DNA of 64,000 nucleotides from NCBI GenBank assembly GCA_035317045.1, contig DATHHT010000017.1. One strand, written 5' to 3'. Of this stretch, positions 54,397 to 63,836 are shown in pieces (positions within the stretch are counted from its first letter, which is position 1; every line of letters begins with the position of its first letter). The notes under the pieces are model-generated. The model searched no databases. It worked only from the letters and a program-made list of their open reading frames with translations, and had not been told where the DNA came from. A program made the translations under genes and the position numbers. This stretch comes from Terracidiphilus sp. (GTDB taxonomy: Bacteria > Acidobacteriota > Terriglobia > Terriglobales > Acidobacteriaceae).

Positions 54397-57150
54397 ATGC
54401 TGTTCCAAAGTTTCTTGAGTGGGATCAAGTCACTGTTCCGCCCGAGCGCCCGCAATGCCGAGATCGAGGCCGAGGTGCAGGGCTTCCGCGAGGCGGCGGT
54501 GGAACACAGAATCCAGCAGGGAATGAGCCGGGCGGATGCAGAGCGGGCAGCGCGGGCGGAGATCCGCAGCTCGGAAATGATTCGGCACAACGTGTGGACT
54601 TCGAGTTGGGAGTCGCGCGTGGAATCGTTGTGGAAGGACGTGCGATACGGTTTTCGGCAGCTTCTGCGGTCGCCGGGATTGTCGGTGGTGGCGGTTCTTT
54701 CGCTGGCGCTCGGGATTGGCGCAAACACTGCGATCTTTACGGTGATTGACGATTTGCTGTTGAAGCAATTGCCGGTTCAAGATCCGCGCATGCTGGTTTT
54801 GTTCGGCGATGGAAGCGACAACGGAATTATCGCTTCCAGTAGTCCGGGACCCTACGACATTTTTCCGTACGACTTCTATCGACACATCGGCGGGGACAGG
54901 AAAGAGTTCGAGGGAATCTGTGCGTTTGCGAGCTTTCCGACGATGGTGAGCGTGCGAACGGGATCGGGTTCGGCGGGCCCAGCGACGCAGGCAAAAGGGC
55001 ATCTTGTCTCGGGAACGTTCTTCAGTGTGCTTGGCGCGCAGCCGTTGATGGGCCGTGCGTTGAATGCAGACGATACGGCGACGGAGGGAAGCAATGCGGT
55101 TGCGGTAATCAGCTATCGCTACTGGCTGGAGAATTTGTCGGCTGACCCGAATGCCGTGGGACGCTCGATCACGATCAACGGAACTTCGTTCATGGTGGTT
55201 GGCGTAATGCCGGCGACATTTTATGGAGTGGATCTGAACGAGCAGATGCCGGACATGTGGCTGCCGATCACGATGCAGGCGCAAGTGATGATGCAGCCGT
55301 CACTGTTGAAGCCGGACGGCCTGTTCTGGATTCACATGATGGCGCGGCGAAGGCCGGATGTTTCGGTGGCGCAGGCGCAGGCTTGGACGACAGTGGAGTT
55401 TCAGCGCTTTCTTACGCTGCGAGAGGGGACACAGATTTCGGCGTTGCGACGGCAGCAGATCGGCGGGACGTTCATTCCGATCTTGCCGGGGGGAGCGGGA
55501 ATGTCGTACATGCGCTCCGAGTACCAGACACCATTGAAAGTGTTAATGGCCATGGTGGGGGTGGTTCTGCTGATTGCGTGCGCGAATCTCGCGAATCTGC
55601 TGCTGGCGAAGTCGGCATCGCGCGAGCGGGAGTTTTGTGCGCGTCTTGCGCTGGGATCGAGCCGAGGACGAATCGCGCGCCAGATCCTGATGGAAGCGCT
55701 GGCCCTCGCGATGGTTGGCGGGGCGCTGGGGCTGGTGCTGGCTTTCTGGGGAACGCAGGTTCTGATTCATTTCATTGACAAGGGTGCGGCGCGGACGGCG
55801 CTTTCGGCGACGCCGGATATGCGTGTGCTACTGTTTACGTTTGGCACGTGCATCGTTACGGCCGCCTTGTTCGGGATTGCTCCGGCGATGCGCAGTTCGC
55901 GCACGAATGTGGCGGGTGCTCTGAATGCAAATGCGCGCAACTCGGGCGGCACGAGCGCGGGTTCCCGCGGGTTGTTGCCAAAGATATTGATAGTGACGCA
56001 GGTGACGCTTTCGCTGGTGCTGCTGAGCGTTGCGGGACTGCTGCTGCGGACGCTGCAGAATCTTCGTTCGGAGGACATGGGGCTGAGTCGTTCAAATGTG
56101 CTGCTGGTGAATACCAATCCGAAGTTTGCGGGTTACCCGCCGGAACGATTGAACGCGCTGTACGAGCGCATTATCAGTAGGGTGGATGAACTGCCCGGAG
56201 TTCGTTCTGCAAGCATGTCGGGAGGGCCGCCGGTGAGCCGGGGAAACTGGGGATCGCCTATAGATATTGATGGGCGGCCAACGCCACCGAACGAGAACAT
56301 CAGCACGCTGCTGAATCGGGTGTCAGCGGGATACTTTGAAACGCTTGGGATTCAACTGCTGCGCGGGCGAACGATCGTACCAGCGGATGCGGCGGATGCG
56401 GTGAAATCTGTCGTGGTGAACAAGACATTTGCGGATCGCTACTTTCCCAATGGCGATGCGATCGGGCACAGCTTCACGATTGCCGATCCTGCGGCTCCGG
56501 GGGTGTGGCACATCGTGGGCATAGTGCGGGATTCGAAACACAGAAGTCCCGCGGAGAAACTGGAGCCGTTTGCATTTCTGGCTGTAACCCAGCTTACGGG
56601 CGACGATCAGTACGCGTATTGGCTGCAAGTGAAAAGCGTGGGCGATCCAGCCAAGATTACGGAAGAAGTGCGGTCGGCGCTGGTTGAGATCGATCCGAAT
56701 TTGCCGGTGCTCAAGACGCTGACCATCGACGAACAACTCGATGATCTTATCGATTTGCAGGTGTTCGTTTCGAAGCTGGCGGGATTCTTCGCGCTGCTGG
56801 CACTGACTCTTGCTGGGATCGGACTCTACGGAGTGATGACGTACAACGTGGTACGGCGGACGAACGAACTGGGCGTTAGGATGGCGCTCGGTGCGCCCAG
56901 GACCGGGCTCCTGTGGATGGTGCTGAGGGAAGCATTGGTGCTGCTGGGGATCGGCGTGGCGCTGGGGATCCCGATGAGCCTTGCGGCGAGCCGGGCCATC
57001 AAGTCTGGCTTATTCGGCGTCAACCCTGCGGACCCGATTACGCTGATTGCCGCGGTGGCGATTGTGAGCGCTTGCATGCTGTTTGGTTCCTACATGCCGG
57101 CGCGCCGGGCGACGAAGATCAATCCGATGGTTGCGCTACGGTACGAGTAG
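54397..57150 (+). CDS. ADOP-family ABC permease with N-terminal prefix domain
   Basis: AEIEAEVQGF...ARAE prefix; LALGIGANTAIF; RRTNELGVRMALGA; NPMVALRYE. Confidence 0.93.
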   Translation: MLFQSFLSGIKSLFRPSARNAEIEAEVQGFREAAVEHRIQQGMSRADAERAARAEIRSSEMIRHNVWTSSWESRVESLWKDVRYGFRQLLRSPGLSVVAVLSLALGIGANTAIFTVIDDLLLKQLPVQDPRMLVLFGDGSDNGIIASSSPGPYDIFPYDFYRHIGGDRKEFEGICAFASFPTMVSVRTGSGSAGPATQAKGHLVSGTFFSVLGAQPLMGRALNADDTATEGSNAVAVISYRYWLENLSADPNAVGRSITINGTSFMVVGVMPATFYGVDLNEQMPDMWLPITMQAQVMMQPSLLKPDGLFWIHMMARRRPDVSVAQAQAWTTVEFQRFLTLREGTQISALRRQQIGGTFIPILPGGAGMSYMRSEYQTPLKVLMAMVGVVLLIACANLANLLLAKSASREREFCARLALGSSRGRIARQILMEALALAMVGGALGLVLAFWGTQVLIHFIDKGAARTALSATPDMRVLLFTFGTCIVTAALFGIAPAMRSSRTNVAGALNANARNSGGTSAGSRGLLPKILIVTQVTLSLVLLSVAGLLLRTLQNLRSEDMGLSRSNVLLVNTNPKFAGYPPERLNALYERIISRVDELPGVRSASMSGGPPVSRGNWGSPIDIDGRPTPPNENISTLLNRVSAGYFETLGIQLLRGRTIVPADAADAVKSVVVNKTFADRYFPNGDAIGHSFTIADPAAPGVWHIVGIVRDSKHRSPAEKLEPFAFLAVTQLTGDDQYAYWLQVKSVGDPAKITEEVRSALVEIDPNLPVLKTLTIDEQLDDLIDLQVFVSKLAGFFALLALTLAGIGLYGVMTYNVVRRTNELGVRMALGAPRTGLLWMVLREALVLLGIGVALGIPMSLAASRAIKSGLFGVNPADPITLIAAVAIVSACMLFGSYMPARRATKINPMVALRYE

Positions 57151-57157
57151 TCGATTC

Positions 57158-57241
57158 AGTGAACAGTGGACAGTGAAGAGTGAAGAGTGGAGCGAACAAG
57201 GAACAGAGTGATAGTGAACAAGAAAGGAAAAGGGAACAGTT
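57158..57241 (+). repeat. CAGTGRA-type heptamer array, degenerating to the right
   Basis: cagtgaacagtggacagtgaagagtgaagagtgg...gaacagagtgatagtgaac directly after the stop codon. Confidence 0.75.
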
Positions 57242-57272
57242 GTCTGTGAGAAATGATGGGGATCGAGCAAGG

Positions 57273-57300
57273 AAAAAGCCCGGCCGGAGCCGGGCTTTTT
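57273..57300. terminator. Bidirectional intrinsic terminator
   Basis: AAAAAGCCCGGC-CGGA-GCCGGGCTTTTT between convergent genes. Confidence 0.9.
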
Positions 57301-57319
57301 GTTGGTGGCTCAAATTGAG

Positions 57320-58123
57320 TTAGACCATCGCCGCCACTTGTTGAGGGGTTGAAGGGGCGGCGGGGGTAACGGAATCCACGGAAGTCTGCGCCGGGACGTG
57401 AGCGCCGCGGGTGAGGCGGTGCACGAAATGATACGGCGGCCAGGGGCCGGAGAGCTGCATCTGGCAGTCGCGCATCATGGCACAGGTGGTGGTGAACTTG
57501 TTCTGATAGCGTTCCACGTACTTGCGGTCGATCAGGTGAGCGATATCGAGGACCATCTTGCCGGTCTCGGTGAGGCGGCAGCTGACTTCCTCATCCAGGG
57601 GTGCAAAGAGGCGATGCATCTGGAAGCTGACGGCGCGGGCTCGGGTCTGGCGTTCGCGCTGGCGGGATGCCGTTTCGCGAAGATTGGTGAGATAACCGCG
57701 ACCCACTTTGTCAGTCGAAAGCTGGGCGAGCTCGCGCCCGCAGCAATCGTCCACGAGGATCTTGAGGTGCATCTCGGTTTTGCCGCGGAGTTTATCGATG
57801 TTGCCGAGAAACTGACGCTGGTTGGACCGGATGGATTTGCGGAGGCTTTCGTCGTCGTTGAATACGGTGCCAAAGCGGAAGGGAAGGACGGTGGAATGTT
57901 TGAAGCAGTCAGCGATGACGCGAGCATGATCCACACCGGATTTCTGATTTAAGGATTCTGTGGGATTGTGTTCGCTGACAATAACGGCTAGATCACTGGC
58001 TGGGTAAAGGAAGACCTGATTTCCGCTGACACCGTGTACTGACTCGAGCGGAACTGGTTTTCGGTGACGGGCTAGTTCTGGGAAGGCTTGTTTTTCACCA
58101 ATGCAGTAGGCATACCATGCCAT
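57320..58123 (-). CDS. GvpL/GvpF-family protein (orphan)
   Basis: WYAYCI, LAVIVS, HARVI...VLPFRFGTVF, SGPWPPYHFV; GGAG SD. Confidence 0.85.
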   Translation of the reverse strand: MAWYAYCIGEKQAFPELARHRKPVPLESVHGVSGNQVFLYPASDLAVIVSEHNPTESLNQKSGVDHARVIADCFKHSTVLPFRFGTVFNDDESLRKSIRSNQRQFLGNIDKLRGKTEMHLKILVDDCCGRELAQLSTDKVGRGYLTNLRETASRQRERQTRARAVSFQMHRLFAPLDEEVSCRLTETGKMVLDIAHLIDRKYVERYQNKFTTTCAMMRDCQMQLSGPWPPYHFVHRLTRGAHVPAQTSVDSVTPAAPSTPQQVAAMV

Positions 58124-58451
58124 ATGGAGGCACTCCGTGTGCGGACGCCCGGTAAGCGCGCCGCTCGTTAGTGAAGCTCTGTGAACTCAGTTAGAACAGC
58201 GTTTTGACACAGGGCGGAAGATCCCCAATTGAACTACGGACTGAATACTAGACCGCACATAAGACGACTGACAATGTCCTGCATCACGAAGATCGTAAAA
58301 GGTGAGTAGAGAGGCCAAAATCGCTTTTACGAAATCGAATGTAATATTGCGGATATCAAAATCACTTCAATTGTGGTCCGAATTGTGGTGTGACGAAGAT
58401 CTTTGGGGGGATTTAGGGAGTTATGGGGGGCGGTAGGAGCCATCCGGCTGG

Positions 58452-59255
58452 TCAAAATCGAATGAGGTAGGCAATTCGGACGCAGAGCAGGGCGGTGAAA
58501 AGGATAGAGACGACCAGTAGGATGGTTACGAGGCGCATGAAGGACGAGGTGCGTTTGGCGAGTTTGGCTACGTGCTCGATGAGTTCGGCCTGATCGGCGG
58601 CGTTCTTCTGGACTGCTTCCTGAACCACGGTGAAGTCGTCTTCGAGGCGTTGGAGCGCGCGTTTCTGCTCACCGGAGTGGAAAGCCAGGGCGCGGTGCTC
58701 GGACTGGAGTCGGGAAATCGATTCCTCAAGAGGCTTGAGATTGACTTCGTGCATGGGCCGGTTGGCGAAGAGATTCGAAGCGGCTGAGACGACGTTGCCT
58801 TCGAGCAGGGGAAGCATCTTGCCGACGATGGGGAGGACGGTCCTGGCCACACTGATGGCGCGCTCTAACTTGGTGGGTTTCGGTGGTGTGGGGCGGGCCA
58901 AAGCGGTGGTGGTGGGCCTGGGTGAGGGTCTCGGGCCGGGTTTTGGAGCGGGGGGCAGCGCGGAAGCGACGGGTTCCGCAGTCGGAATCGGGAGGGGTAC
59001 TTCTTCAATTCGCGGCGGTGCTCCTTTGCGAGCCATGATCTGGACGCGGGGCGATCCTTCGTTGCTGGGCGAATTTTCAATGCGAGGTGATTGTTCCTTG
59101 CGAACCTGGGCTTCAGGACTGTCGTAGTTGGCGTAGCGGACCTTGGGCCGGAGGGGAGCGAACGATCCCGGAGTCTCGAATTCGGAGACAATTTCGGCGA
59201 CTCGCCGGGAAGAGTTGGCGGGGTCAGCAGGATCGGGGCCAAGGGGATCAATCAT
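58452..59255 (-). CDS. Hypothetical protein: Pro-rich N-terminus, coiled coil, C-terminal TM anchor
   Basis: Composition and the terminal hydrophobic LVTILLVVSILFTALLCVRIAYLI. Confidence 0.75.
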   Translation of the reverse strand: MIDPLGPDPADPANSSRRVAEIVSEFETPGSFAPLRPKVRYANYDSPEAQVRKEQSPRIENSPSNEGSPRVQIMARKGAPPRIEEVPLPIPTAEPVASALPPAPKPGPRPSPRPTTTALARPTPPKPTKLERAISVARTVLPIVGKMLPLLEGNVVSAASNLFANRPMHEVNLKPLEESISRLQSEHRALAFHSGEQKRALQRLEDDFTVVQEAVQKNAADQAELIEHVAKLAKRTSSFMRLVTILLVVSILFTALLCVRIAYLIRF

Positions 59256-59354
59256 CGAATTGCCACTCTCTTAACTATAGGGGAAGGTGGGGGAAAGCCC
59301 AATTCTGAAAAACCGGGGCGCAATTCTCGTATGCTCTGGAGCAGGAGCTGACAA

Positions 59355-60026
59355 GTGAACCCGGTCATTGCACGAGGATTACGGAGTCTGCAGCGCAACA
59401 TCCTGGCGGGAATCATCACGGTGGGGCCGCTATTTGTGACGTGGCTGATCTTCAGCTTTGTGCTGGGCAGCCTGGCGAAGGCAGGATTGCCGCTGGTGCA
59501 GCTGCTGGCGGCCATCTTTCCCGAGGATTGGCTGGCGCGGCCGGTGATGCAGTCGGTTCTGGCAGTGGTGCTGACGCTGGTGGTGCTGTATGTGCTGGGG
59601 CGGGTGACGTCGCTGGTGATCGGACGGCAGGCGTTCAGCTTGTTTGAGTCAGTGCTGGAGCGGCTGCCGTTTGTGGCGAAGGTGTATTCGTCGGTGCGGC
59701 AACTGCTGGACTCGATGATGGCGAAGAAGGATACGAACCAGCGTGTGGTGCTGGTGGATTTTCCGATCGCAGGGCAGAAGAGCATCGGGTTTTTGACGCG
59801 GACGCTGGTGGACTCGAACACGGGCGAGGAACTGGCGGCGGTATTGCTGCCGAATGCGATCAATCCTACGTCGGCGTTTCTACAACTGCTGCCGCTGAGC
59901 CGGGTGACGTTGACGGATCTGACGATGGAGCAGGCGATGAGCATGCTGATGACGGGAGGGGCCGTGGCGCCGGACAGGATGGTGTTCTCGCAGCGGCAGG
60001 AAGACACGGTTACGCCGAGGAGGTAG
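59355..60026 (+). CDS. DUF502-family membrane protein
   Basis: LAGIITVGPLFVT, ERLPFVAKVY, NPTSAFL, EQAMSMLMTGG. Confidence 0.88.
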   Translation: MNPVIARGLRSLQRNILAGIITVGPLFVTWLIFSFVLGSLAKAGLPLVQLLAAIFPEDWLARPVMQSVLAVVLTLVVLYVLGRVTSLVIGRQAFSLFESVLERLPFVAKVYSSVRQLLDSMMAKKDTNQRVVLVDFPIAGQKSIGFLTRTLVDSNTGEELAAVLLPNAINPTSAFLQLLPLSRVTLTDLTMEQAMSMLMTGGAVAPDRMVFSQRQEDTVTPRR

Positions 60027-60104
60027 CGGCTGGTGAGCGCAAGATTTCCCGCTGCAAGATACGCAATCTAACGGTTGCATGTTGCCCTCCCCCCTCCCCC
60101 CCCC

Positions 60105-60395
60105 GTACTCTGCAAGAAAGATCGTGATTGCAAAGAAGTTGCCAGTGTGGTCCGACGCCAAAGTCTTCCAGGTATTGGACTTAGCCGTAGAGTCTTCTCA
60201 GGAAATGACTTAGCGGTGGAGGTTTGTCGCTGTGACGCTTGAATCCGAGGGCGATCTGCTGGTGGAAATGCCCGGATACTGGCTCATGATTCAAGGATAG
60301 CAATTTTGCGGAAATGACCTGCAAATGCCAGGGAAGTTTTTGACGAATGGCCTCAAGGGTTTACGGGAAATGTGTGGGACCAAGGGGTTGACAAA
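60105..60395. other. Conserved non-coding module, copy B, preceded by a poly-C tract (60085-60104)
   Basis: Colinear similarity to about 10300-10580. Confidence 0.7.
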
Positions 60396-60962
60396 GGATT
60401 TTGAACCGGCGCGGAAGCTGGAGGCGCGGGAGTTTTTGCCACTCCCACTCACGCCTTGCCCGTTCTATTTGGTGACGTCTCCAACCCCGAACATAAAAGC
60501 GTCTAAAGACTCCAACGGGCTGAAGCCGAACTCACCGCTCTCTAAGGCTTTTCGGGAGTGAGAGTAAAACAGCCGCCTTCTGTTGTCTGAATTGCCCCGG
60601 GAATCTCTGACTCAGAGAGTACCGTTCTGGAGCCACCTATCAACATGTTTGTTTCCTGTGCTCGCGCTACAACAAGTAAGAGCGACATGAGGCTTGCTAC
60701 TACCCAGCGCCAAGGCTGACCGTGTTCCGCGGACCATGCGAAGGCTCTCCCCATGCAGCCTGAAACCTGCAAATATGAAATCACAGCCCAATCGCCTGAA
60801 GTGTGCTGCTCAGCACACATCGGTTTGGTCGCTGCGAAAAAGTGCTCCGCGAGAATCGTGGACGATTCGGCAATGGACCGTGTTGAGAATCGGACACGCT
60901 TTGTCACTTTGCCGTTTTATGATGGACCTTCTTTAATTTTGCTGGAAGGGAACAACGCTAAA

Positions 60963-62180
60963 ATGCGCTTTCGTGTTGCTGTGTTTTTGTTCATTGCTGC
61001 TGCCGCCGTTTCTGCTCAGTCGCCTTCGACTAAATCGGTACCTGCACCATGGGTGGGAACATGGGCTGCCTCGGCGTTCGACGGCGATCCGTGGCACACG
61101 GTGCCGACACTGGTGGATTCCACGCTGCGCGAGATTGTGCACACTTCGCTGGGCGGCAACACAGTGCGCGTGCGGCTGACGAATGAGTTTGGCACGGAGC
61201 CACTGCGCGTGGATGCTGCGACGATTGGGGTGAGTGCAGGGGTAAGCAGTGTGGACGCGGCGACGTTGCACGATCTCACGTTTGGCGGTTCGCCCTCGAT
61301 CGTGATTCCGCCCGGTGCGGAAGTGGTGTCCGACGCTGTCTCGATGGCTGCGCCGGCATTTGCCAATTTGGCGGTCAGCATCTACCTGCCGCTGCAGCAG
61401 GTGAGCGACGTTACGGTGCATTCGAGTGCGCAGCAGGACAACTTTATCCAGACTGGCAACCATGTGCGGGATGCTTCATTTGCTTCTCCGGTGGTGGTGG
61501 GATCCTGGTATTTCCTGAAGGGCGTGGATGTTGAAGCGACGAGCACGCACGCCGCCGCAGTGGTGACGTTTGGCGACTCGATCACGGACGGAGCGTTGTC
61601 AACGGAAAATGCCAACCATCGCTGGCCGGACTATCTCGCGGTGCGGCTTCAGAATAATCCTGCGACTGCTCATCTTTCGGTGCTTGATGAGGGTATCGGG
61701 GGTAACTGTGTTCTGATTCACTGCGTCGCAGCGAATGCGCTGGCCCGGTTCGATCGCGATGTGCTTTCACAGGCGGGCGTGAAGTACGTAATCGTGATGG
61801 AGGGAATCAACGACATCGGCAGGCTGCATGAGCCCAACCAGCCCGACTACAAACTCACAGCCGAGGATCTTGAGCAGGGGCTTGCGCAACTTGTGGCGCG
61901 GGCACATGAGCACGGGATCAAGGTCTTCGGAGCGACGCTGACGGGATACAAGGGCGCGGGCTACTTTACGGAGAAGGGCGAACAGATACGCGAGGCGGTC
62001 AATCACTGGATTCTGACTTCGGGCGTGTTTGACGGAGTGATCGATTTCGATAAGGCGACGGGCGATCCGGCGAATCCGCTGATGTTCGCGCCGCAATACG
62101 ATAGCGGCGACCATCTGCATCCGAAGGATGCGGGGTATGCCGCGATGGCGGATTCGATTGATTTGGGGTTGTTCCGGTGA
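60963..62180 (+). CDS. Secreted SGNH/GDSL hydrolase
   Basis: Signal peptide; VGTWAAS, FGDSITDG, EGIGGN, EGINDI, DHLHP. Confidence 0.92.
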   Translation: MRFRVAVFLFIAAAAVSAQSPSTKSVPAPWVGTWAASAFDGDPWHTVPTLVDSTLREIVHTSLGGNTVRVRLTNEFGTEPLRVDAATIGVSAGVSSVDAATLHDLTFGGSPSIVIPPGAEVVSDAVSMAAPAFANLAVSIYLPLQQVSDVTVHSSAQQDNFIQTGNHVRDASFASPVVVGSWYFLKGVDVEATSTHAAAVVTFGDSITDGALSTENANHRWPDYLAVRLQNNPATAHLSVLDEGIGGNCVLIHCVAANALARFDRDVLSQAGVKYVIVMEGINDIGRLHEPNQPDYKLTAEDLEQGLAQLVARAHEHGIKVFGATLTGYKGAGYFTEKGEQIREAVNHWILTSGVFDGVIDFDKATGDPANPLMFAPQYDSGDHLHPKDAGYAAMADSIDLGLFR

Positions 62181-62188
62181 AGGCGGAG

Positions 62189-62400
62189 ACAGTGAACAGT
62201 GAACAGCGCGCGAATCGGCTGTTCGCTAGGCTGTCCGCGGAATAAACAAAAGCAGATCCTTCGGGACACTTACTCCATCGTCCGCTGCTGCGGACGATGG
62301 GGCCCCAGGCTTGTGTCGGGCAGGATGACACCATCCGGAAAGAATCAAGATGACACCATCGGGAAAGAATCTGGATGACAGCGGCCAGGGAACAATGATG
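62189..62400 (+). repeat. Short CAGTGAA array, REP (62252-62330) and 25-bp tandem outgrowth
   Basis: GATGACA at 62324, 62349 and 62374 with CCATCSGGAAAGAATC between. Confidence 0.8.
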
Positions 62401-62432
62401 ATCGTGCCAAGGAACAGGGGAAATTTTCAGTC

Positions 62433-63557
62433 CTATAGCGGCTCTGGATTGGCGGCGGCTGGCGGATCTGTGGGGATGTGTTCGGCTTCTTCTTCGCTTT
62501 CGTGAGTGACCTTGCGCAGGCTGATGTGCTCGAACTGCGCCCAGATGAGACCGATGGGTATAGTTCCCAGAAATGTGACCAGCAGGAGAGTTGCGGCACA
62601 AGCCGTGGAGGCCTCAGGAGAGGCGCCGAAGAGGCCGGTGATGGCGGCGGCGACGATGCCGATCTGGGTGAACCAGCCGAGGACGGGCAACTGGAAGATG
62701 CTGGCTCCGCCGCTGGCGATCATGAGGAGAACGCATTTCTGTGGAGATATGGCGACGAGTTGCGGGCTCCCGCTGAATGCCCGGCAGGTGATGAAGTAGG
62801 CAAAGGCAATGAGGAGCCACATGCCAAGGGAGAGAGCGGCGGTGGCTGCGAACTCGCCGAAGGTGCGCATGGTGTCAAGGCCGGAGTGGAAGGTGCGGAT
62901 TTTTTCTCCGACGGCGACGCCGAGCTTTTTTGAGACGAGGCCGAATGTGTGCTCGAAGAACGTGGCGACCGCCTGACCCGAGAGGCGGACAGCAACGAGG
63001 AAGATGGCTCCGGCGAGGGTCAAGACCAGTCCTCCATAGCGGGCGAGGATGGTGCCGAGAAGCGGGGAGTGCTTCTGCATGGAAGCGATCATGCCGGAGT
63101 GGCTGGTGGCTCGTGCGATGTCAGCCTCAGGAATCCATAACATGGCCATGGAAAAGATCAGCGCCATCGAGCCGGCGTCGAAGAGGCGTTCGACGATGTA
63201 GACGGCGAACTGGGAACTGAGAGGTAGGCCGGTTTTCCTTGAAACGAGGTAGGGGCGGACGGGGTCGGCAACGCGGCCGATGAGGGCGATGGCCGTGAAG
63301 CCCATGATCTGGGGTCCGAGCAGGGACATGGGCGAGACCTTCTGGTGGTGCTTGAGGAGGCGGGCCCAGCGGAAAGCGCGAAAGAAATAGGCGAAGTAGA
63401 TGCAAAGCAGGCCGATGAGGATCTTGCGCCAGTCTGCCTGGGCGATCTGTTCACGGAAGACGTGGAAATCGAAGTGGAATTTCTGCCGGCCCCAGAGGAA
63501 GAGCGCAACAAAGGCAGCAAGCACGAGCAGACCCAGGATCCATTGCTTCTTTTTCAA
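62433..63557 (-). CDS. Lysylphosphatidylglycerol synthase TM / UPF0104 flippase-like protein
   Basis: FRAFRWARLL, GRVADPVRPYLV, VERLFD; multiple TMs. Confidence 0.88.
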   Translation of the reverse strand: MKKKQWILGLLVLAAFVALFLWGRQKFHFDFHVFREQIAQADWRKILIGLLCIYFAYFFRAFRWARLLKHHQKVSPMSLLGPQIMGFTAIALIGRVADPVRPYLVSRKTGLPLSSQFAVYIVERLFDAGSMALIFSMAMLWIPEADIARATSHSGMIASMQKHSPLLGTILARYGGLVLTLAGAIFLVAVRLSGQAVATFFEHTFGLVSKKLGVAVGEKIRTFHSGLDTMRTFGEFAATAALSLGMWLLIAFAYFITCRAFSGSPQLVAISPQKCVLLMIASGGASIFQLPVLGWFTQIGIVAAAITGLFGASPEASTACAATLLLVTFLGTIPIGLIWAQFEHISLRKVTHESEEEAEHIPTDPPAAANPEPL

Positions 63558-63649
63558 GCGTTCTCCGTTTGAAGTACTGCATTTGATTTTAGGGGAAGAA
63601 CCGGAATTGGTTTATTCGATGTTGGTGTGAGGATTAACAGGGTGCGGAT

Positions 63650-63815
63650 TTTGGCAGGCAGGCGTCGAAAAAGCAACTGCAGGTTCCTCGACTCCCGTTG
63701 GTCGCTCGGAATGACAGTGTGGAGGGGATGTGGCGGAGCGGCTAGGGGTTTGGCAGGCGAGCGTCGAAAAAGCAGCTGCAGGTTCCTCGGCTCCCGCTGG
63801 TCGCTCGGAATGACA
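63650..63815 (+). repeat. Two 67-bp REP-containing direct repeats, 99-bp period
   Basis: tttggcaggc..gcgtcgaaaaagcaRctgcaggttcctcgRctcccgYtggtcgctcggaatgaca x2. Confidence 0.9.
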
Positions 63816-63836
63816 ATTCTAGCCGGGGGAACGGAG

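Noticed and set aside
58124-58450. Riboswitch upstream of gvpL/F
   Set aside because: I could not match c-di-GMP, TPP, cobalamin, SAM or other known aptamer cores by eye; an Rfam scan is needed.
60330-60345. Sigma54 promoter in the conserved module (TGGCA...TTGCA on the minus strand)
   Set aside because: GG-to-GC spacing is too short for a -24/-12 promoter and it is not conserved in copy A.
62320-62400. 25-bp periodic repeats as a mini-CRISPR
   Set aside because: The 'spacers' are near-identical, the unit is too short and no cas genes are present; it is a tandem duplication off a REP end.
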